From Candidatus Hadarchaeota archaeon (lineage in GTDB: Archaea > CAYQAE01 > CAYVLA01), in NCBI GenBank assembly GCA_964452145.1, contig CAYVLA010000087.1:1699-13181 (forward strand): 11,483 nucleotides of DNA, read 5' to 3'. Below are positions 6,627 to 11,483 of this stretch, piece by piece (the stretch's first letter is position 1; every line of letters starts with the position of its first letter). The translations under genes and the position numbers were made by a program. The notes below the pieces were generated by a model. The model ran no database searches and was not told the DNA's origin. It saw only the letters and a list, made by a program, of their open reading frames with translations.

Positions 6627-7586
6627 ATGGGTAAAGGTACCTCAGACACGTTGATGGAAACTGGTTGCGCGGAGGAACTGCTCCGTGAACTGGGAGATCT
6701 AGGCTACCAAGGACGGGTCGTGGCCATCGAGCACGTACGCGAGCTGAAAGAGGATATTGGGCAACTACGCGAGCTAGGTCTGATCGACGAGGAATTCTAC
6801 CTGGAACGCCTTTGCGGATTCAGCTTCCGAGTCCCGGAAGCCCTGCCCGATGCCGGATCGATCATCGTCATCGCGGTCCCTCGTCCCCAGAGCCAGGCAA
6901 TCTTCACATGGAAGGGCAAGAAGACGGCGCTCGTCATTCCGCCGACCTACGTGGGCTACAGGCAGACGACCAAGATGGTGGAAGAGATCGTGAGCAGGTT
7001 CCTGGGTCCCAGGGGGTATCGCATCGCATCCACGGCCCTGCCTCTGAAACTGTTGGCCGTGCGAAGCGGGCTAGGCCAGTACGGAAGGAACAACATCTGC
7101 TACGTGCCGGGGATGGGGAGCTTTCTGCAGCTCGTGGCCATCTACTCCGATATGCCTTGTCAGAAGGACGGCTGGCGGGAGGCCCGGATGATGGATAGGT
7201 GCCTGAACTGCCATGCATGCCTTAAGGGCTGCCCCACCGGCGCCATCCCTTCCGATCGCTTCCTGCTCCACGCCGAGAAATGCATCGTCTTCCACAACGA
7301 AAGAAAGGCAGGGATCGCCTTCCCGGCCTGGATGGATCCCTCATGGCACAACTGCCTGGAAGGCTGCCTTCTCTGCCAGAAGGTGTGCCCCGAGAACAGG
7401 GGTCTGCTCCAATGGATCGAGGGGACCGAGGAGTTCACCCAGGAGGAGACCGAGCTCCTTCTTGGAGGCGTGACCCGCGATCAGTTGCCGGCGGCAACGG
7501 CTAGGAAACTGGAGCATCTCGACCTGATCGATGATCTGGCGATTCTGCCTCGCAACATAGGCGTCTTCTTCGGGGAGGACTCTTAG
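6627..7586 (+). CDS. Second QueG-like cobalamin/2x[4Fe-4S] protein (different subfamily)
   Basis: Motifs SIIVIA, LPLKLLAVRSGLGQYGRNNICY..GMGS, CLNCHACLKGCPTGAI, CIVFHNE and GCLLCQKVCPEN. The start is uncertain (TTG 6624, ATG 6627 or ATG 6654). Confidence 0.88.
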   Translation: MGKGTSDTLMETGCAEELLRELGDLGYQGRVVAIEHVRELKEDIGQLRELGLIDEEFYLERLCGFSFRVPEALPDAGSIIVIAVPRPQSQAIFTWKGKKTALVIPPTYVGYRQTTKMVEEIVSRFLGPRGYRIASTALPLKLLAVRSGLGQYGRNNICYVPGMGSFLQLVAIYSDMPCQKDGWREARMMDRCLNCHACLKGCPTGAIPSDRFLLHAEKCIVFHNERKAGIAFPAWMDPSWHNCLEGCLLCQKVCPENRGLLQWIEGTEEFTQEETELLLGGVTRDQLPAATARKLEHLDLIDDLAILPRNIGVFFGEDS

Positions 7587-7771
7587 ACGATTCGCCGGGC
7601 TGAGAGGCCGAGGCAACGGACGGAGTCGCTTCTGGCTTACCTCCGGCACAGCATAGAGGCCGCCTTTGAGGCTTCGGGGAGATCGTCCAGCCCAACGGCG
7701 AAAGCACCATGCGTCCAACTGGGTCTGGCTCGGGACCTTTCGATGTCGGGCGATGGATCGTCTGCACACTC

Positions 7772-8746
7772 TCAGGAGCTGCGGACGGCCGCCCATTCGG
7801 CCAGGTCCATCAGGGCCTCCCTGGGTGGACGGTCAGGAAGCGGGCCGAGCGCGTTCTTGGCCCTGAGTGCGTGGGCACGAGCCTCGGCGAGGGAGTTCTC
7901 CATGGCTTTTGATGAGACTATCCCCTGCACGGCCTTTTGCACCCTGACCTTGTTCGGCGGCCCCCGGAGAATGGACCCGATGAGATCCTGATTTCCTCCG
8001 CTCTCAAGATACAGTATGGTCGGAAGCGTTAGAATGCCGTGGGCAAGGTCTCCGTGGGAAAGCTTGCCCAGACTCGGCAGACAGCCGAGGAAATCCAGCA
8101 GGTCGTCAGCTATCTGGTACGCAACGCCGATTTCCCGGCCGTATTCGCGGAGTGCATTCAGGACTGCGGTGTCTGTATCTGCAAGGATTCCGGCAGATTC
8201 GGATGCGGCCGAGAACAGAGAAGCCGTCTTGGCCTCTGCGGTATGGAGGTACTCCTTCCTGGACGCACATATTTCCGCTGAGCCAAACACCTGGACTATC
8301 TCTGCGCCACAGATCCTGCAGAATGCTTCTCCCAGGACTTCCAAGATGCGGGGTCGCTCCAAACTCGCCGCAACGGAGACAGCCTTCGACAGCAGCAGGT
8401 CTCCCGCAAGGATGGCCGCGTTGACGGGCCAGGCAACGTGGCAGGACTCCTTTCCGCGGCGAAGTGGGGATCGGTCCAACACGTCATCATGTATCAAGGT
8501 CGCTGCGTGAATCATCTCGATTGCTGCCGCCAACCGCACAAAGGGAGCGTCGGGCATCTCCAGGCATCTTCCTATCAGAATGACCATGGCTGGGCGGACC
8601 CTCTTTCCACCTCCTGTGGAGCGACGGAGAACGGAGCGCACGGGTTCCCGCAACTCGTCCATCTCGCTCTGCATCATGTGATTCACCTCATCCATCTGGG
8701 AGCGGATCGGCTCAAGCAGTTCGGCATATGACGGAGGTTCGTTCAT
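7772..8746 (-). CDS. Trans-polyprenyl diphosphate synthase, probably medium/long chain
   Basis: Motifs GGKRVRP, FARM ATLIHDDVLD.SPLRRG, AILAGDLL, KTASLF and SARM AYQIADDLLD. Start at ATG 8746 (MNEPP), ATGA overlap with the radical SAM stop, SD AGGAGG about 9 nt upstream. Confidence 0.95.
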   Translation of the reverse strand: MNEPPSYAELLEPIRSQMDEVNHMMQSEMDELREPVRSVLRRSTGGGKRVRPAMVILIGRCLEMPDAPFVRLAAAIEMIHAATLIHDDVLDRSPLRRGKESCHVAWPVNAAILAGDLLLSKAVSVAASLERPRILEVLGEAFCRICGAEIVQVFGSAEICASRKEYLHTAEAKTASLFSAASESAGILADTDTAVLNALREYGREIGVAYQIADDLLDFLGCLPSLGKLSHGDLAHGILTLPTILYLESGGNQDLIGSILRGPPNKVRVQKAVQGIVSSKAMENSLAEARAHALRAKNALGPLPDRPPREALMDLAEWAAVRSS

Positions 8747-9993
8747 TGGACAACGCCTCCTGCGCCGGGCGGGTTTACGAAGCATGAGGGATCATGGCCG
8801 AGGTAATCCCCCGTCGCCACGAGGGATCGGCCCCTGCACCCGCCGCAGAGGCCGTTGTAGGGGCAAGCCCCGCAGGCGCCCTTCAGGTTGCTCTCGCGCA
8901 GCCGCAGGTCTTCCAGCACCGGCGAGCTTGACCATATCGTCGAGAAATCGGTCCTCCGAATGTTCCCGCAGCTGATAGGCATGAAAGGGCAGGGCAAGAC
9001 CTCTCCGTCAGGTTTGATGTATGCAAAGCCGCGGCCGGCCGAACAGCCGTGGAAGATCTTTCGCGCCAGCGAAAGGAAGGGCCCGCCCTTGATGCCCGAC
9101 CTTTGAAGCAGGTATGCCCAGTACTGGGGCCCCGCCACTGGCTCCAGTATCCCCCGGGAACGGGTCTGGGCCTCGGACATGAACCGTACTAGGCACTCAT
9201 TATTGTCCTTGTCGAGGGCCGAGCCCTCGATCTCCTTGCCCCTCCCCACGGGCACGAGCTGGTACATCAGGATGATGGCTGCACCAAGCCTCTCCACCGT
9301 TTGCATCAGGCCCCGGATCTGTCCAAGGTTCTGCTCCATTGCGGTGATGTTGACGTGAAGCAGCATGCCTGCCCTGCGCAGGGCCTTCATCCCCCTGACG
9401 GCGGATTCATATGCGCCAGGGCAGCCCCTCACCCGATCGTGGGTCTCCTCATCCCCGTCCAGGCTGACTGCCGCGATCACCACCCCGCAGCTCCGGAGCC
9501 GCCGAGCCGTCCGATCGTCCACCATGGTGGCGTTCGTCGCGATTGTATTGGCGAAGCCGAGCTCCCGCGAGTAGGCGAGCAACTGGTAGACATCCTGCCT
9601 CATCAGAGGCTCTCCTCCGGTGAAGGCCATCATTCGGAACTCCCTCACCCCAGCGATTTGCCCCAGCATTTCCTTGGCTTCTTGGGTGTCCAGCTCGCGT
9701 CCGATCCGCGTGCTTGGAACATGGCAGTGAATGCAGCTCAGGTTGCACGCCTCGGTCATCTCCCAGACAAGGTGGGAGGGAAATCCTATGCAGCCCATCC
9801 CCCGGGCTCCTGCGGCGCCCCTGAGGCACCTAGGCCCGTATCTCAGAAACCATCGCGGCATTGCCGCCCAGTGCGTCAGGGCCCCCACGCACATCGCTGC
9901 CGCTGCCTGTCTGAGGACCAGAGTCGGTGATGACCACAGGCGCGGGACCTTTCGTCTGGGTCTTCTCCCCCACTCGCGCAACCACTCAGCCAT
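8743..9993 (-). CDS. Radical SAM protein with SPASM domain (PqqE/NirJ/AhbCD-like architecture)
   Basis: Radical SAM motifs WEMTEACNLSCIHC, FTGGEPL, ATNA and VSLDG..ETHD. SPASM cysteines CSAGR..YIKPDGEVLPCPF, CGACPYNGLCGGCRGR and DPSC. The ATG lies 1 nt after the upstream gene's stop; an alternative start is at 9798 (MGCIGFP). Confidence 0.93.
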   Translation of the reverse strand: MAEWLREWGRRPRRKVPRLWSSPTLVLRQAAAAMCVGALTHWAAMPRWFLRYGPRCLRGAAGARGMGCIGFPSHLVWEMTEACNLSCIHCHVPSTRIGRELDTQEAKEMLGQIAGVREFRMMAFTGGEPLMRQDVYQLLAYSRELGFANTIATNATMVDDRTARRLRSCGVVIAAVSLDGDEETHDRVRGCPGAYESAVRGMKALRRAGMLLHVNITAMEQNLGQIRGLMQTVERLGAAIILMYQLVPVGRGKEIEGSALDKDNNECLVRFMSEAQTRSRGILEPVAGPQYWAYLLQRSGIKGGPFLSLARKIFHGCSAGRGFAYIKPDGEVLPCPFMPISCGNIRRTDFSTIWSSSPVLEDLRLRESNLKGACGACPYNGLCGGCRGRSLVATGDYLGHDPSCFVNPPGAGGVVQ

Positions 9994-9994
9994 T

Positions 9995-10912
9995 TCACCA
10001 CAGCCGGAACGCTAGGATGTAAACTGCCGTTGTGCCCAGGTTGACCAGCAGGTTCGCCGCGCAGAGTCTCTCTAGGTCGTCTCTGACCTGCCAGGCTCCG
10101 CGGAGGACGAGCGAAGTAACGATGAGAGATAGGGCGAACACCGGGGCGTAGAGCCAGGCTGCGGGCCCTGGAACGCCTCGGGCCAACGAGGCGGCAACCC
10201 CAACCCAGCTTCCCAAAGCCGCCAGAGCATACACGGCGGCGGCCCTTCGAGGTCCGATGCGGACCGTCAGATTCGCCTTTCCGGATTGCCTATCGGCTGG
10301 ATAATCCGGAAACTCGTTGAGCAGGATCACGTTGAAGATCGTCAACCCGATGGGGATCGAGGTCCAGTAGACGAGCTGCGAGATGGTTCCTGCCTGCAGG
10401 TAGAAACCGACGGCCACGGGCAGCCATCCGTAGCAGAACGCTATCCAGAGCTCACCCCATCCCCGGCTCACCCATCGAATTGGTCTTGACGAGTAGAAGA
10501 GGCCGCCCACGATCCCCAGTGCCCCCAGCGGGATGGTCAGCGGCCCTGTGCGATAGCCCCACTGGATCACTGCACCTATGCAGCATGCGACCGCCAGGCT
10601 TGCAAGCGAGGCCCACAAAGCGGCCCGGCGCGGCAGCAACCCGCGCTGCAAAACCCGGGATCCACCCGCAAAGCGGCTGTATCCGTGGGATATCGCCAGT
10701 GAATCTTCAGCGTAGTCCCAGTACTCGCCGGCGAAATAGGTCATCAGCATGATGGCAACGACCCCGAGGGCCCCCCACGCGGATACATCCAATCGGAGTG
10801 AACCCTCCAAGCGCCAGGCCAGAACGATGCCCAAGACGAAGGGCAGAAGGCCCACCGAATGGAACGGCGGACGCGACAGCGCCAACCACGCGCGAATCCT
10901 CACAGCCAGCAT
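9995..10912 (-). CDS. UbiA-superfamily membrane prenyltransferase, MenA/UBIAD1-like
   Basis: Motifs W..LSRPPF, EYWDY..D, F.GGSRVL, FYS..P..RGWGE and LLNEFPDYPADRQSGK.NL.VRIG, with multiple hydrophobic TM segments. Likely start at ATG 10912 (MLAVRIRAW). The track's 71-aa N-terminal extension looks non-coding. Confidence 0.9.
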   Translation of the reverse strand: MLAVRIRAWLALSRPPFHSVGLLPFVLGIVLAWRLEGSLRLDVSAWGALGVVAIMLMTYFAGEYWDYAEDSLAISHGYSRFAGGSRVLQRGLLPRRAALWASLASLAVACCIGAVIQWGYRTGPLTIPLGALGIVGGLFYSSRPIRWVSRGWGELWIAFCYGWLPVAVGFYLQAGTISQLVYWTSIPIGLTIFNVILLNEFPDYPADRQSGKANLTVRIGPRRAAAVYALAALGSWVGVAASLARGVPGPAAWLYAPVFALSLIVTSLVLRGAWQVRDDLERLCAANLLVNLGTTAVYILAFRLW

Positions 10913-11103
10913 GGACAATTCCGAACCCTCGATCCGCCGTGCCTGCTCTGGCCCTGCTCGCGAGTTGAATAATATTGGCATCGGCGGGACCGAGCCCCAC
11001 GACCTGAACAGCGTGACATCGGGTTCATTTCCTCTCCGGCGCTGGCAGAGCTTCCCCAAGGGCCTTGACATCATTTTAGAGCATGTCCTTGCGTGAGTCG
11101 CTG

Positions 11104-11483
11104 ATGATGAAGGCCGTTGGAGCATCGATCCGCCTATCCCAGCATCTATCGGTGCACAGGGGCGCCATCAACGTTGGCATCATCCAAGATGGCTCCTCCG
11201 CCCTTCTCATAGATTTTGGGCCGGGGGATGTGATGGATGATTGCCTGAGGCTCGGGATCGAGGATGTGCCGATGATCCTGTTCACCCACCATCATCGAGA
11301 CCAGGCATGTGGTGCCCGTCTCGTTCAGAGTCGCTGCAGAATCGGAGTTCCGGAGGCTGAGAGGGAGTTCTTCGAGGACGTAGCAGGATATTGGAACAAG
11401 TCCGAGAACAGGTGGCATGTCTACAACTTCCATCCCAATCACCCGGTGTTGACCGAGTCCCTGCGCGTGGACCACACATTGCG
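11104..11483 (+). CDS. 3'-truncated MBL-fold metallo-hydrolase (absent from the ORF track)
   Basis: Hand translation gives MMKAVGASIRLSQHLSVHRGAINVGIIQDGSSALLIDFGPGDVMDDCLRLGIEDVPMILFTHHHRDQACG..., open to the window end, with LLIDxG and THxHxD motifs. The start could be 11083, 11104 or 11107. Confidence 0.88.
   Translation, partial: MMKAVGASIRLSQHLSVHRGAINVGIIQDGSSALLIDFGPGDVMDDCLRLGIEDVPMILFTHHHRDQACGARLVQSRCRIGVPEAEREFFEDVAGYWNKSENRWHVYNFHPNHPVLTESLRVDHTL

Noticed and set aside
5892..7586. Assigning gene symbols queG or rdhA
   Set aside because: Fold motifs are present, but the QueG substrate motif and the RdhA Tat leader/RdhB partner are not visible.
11065..11070. Perfect TTGACA (bacterial -35 box)
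   Set aside because: There is no TATAAT-like -10 box at 16-18 nt spacing (sequence there is CTTGCG), so it is likely chance.
10913..11125. 71-aa N-terminal extension of the prenyltransferase in the ORF track
   Set aside because: It is not UbiA-like, overlaps the start of the divergent MBL gene and spans the probable promoter region.
1..11483. CRISPR arrays, tRNA/rRNA genes, long tandem repeats, RiPP precursor for the SPASM enzyme
   Set aside because: No periodic repeats or cloverleaf/rRNA signatures were seen by eye, and there is no credible small precursor ORF or PqqD/RRE gene next to the radical SAM gene.

Overview
GC-rich, gene-dense prokaryotic window that is probably archaeal. This is inferred from a DUF4152/PF2046-like gene, AGGAGGTGA(T) Shine-Dalgarno motifs and a TTTTTAAG TATA-like box about 25 nt before an SD-less ATG. 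The + strand carries, in order: the 3' end of a galactose-mutarotase-like beta-sandwich protein, a calcineurin-like metallophosphoesterase, and a tightly coupled trio of a DUF4152 (RNase H-like) putative nuclease, an archaeo-eukaryotic primase (AEP)-superfamily protein and a second mutarotase-like paralog. Next is a double winged-HTH protein separated from a 331-aa ORF in the same frame by one TAG, then two tandem QueG-like cobalamin/2x[4Fe-4S] proteins. The - strand carries a three-gene operon: MenA-like UbiA prenyltransferase, radical SAM/SPASM protein and medium/long-chain polyprenyl diphosphate synthase. A divergent MBL-fold hydrolase, missed by the ORF track, runs off the 3' end. No RNA genes, CRISPR arrays or mobile elements were recognised. 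The best leads are the nuclease + AEP module, the prenylation/radical SAM operon and the in-frame amber in the HTH gene. All family calls come from motif recognition, not database searches.
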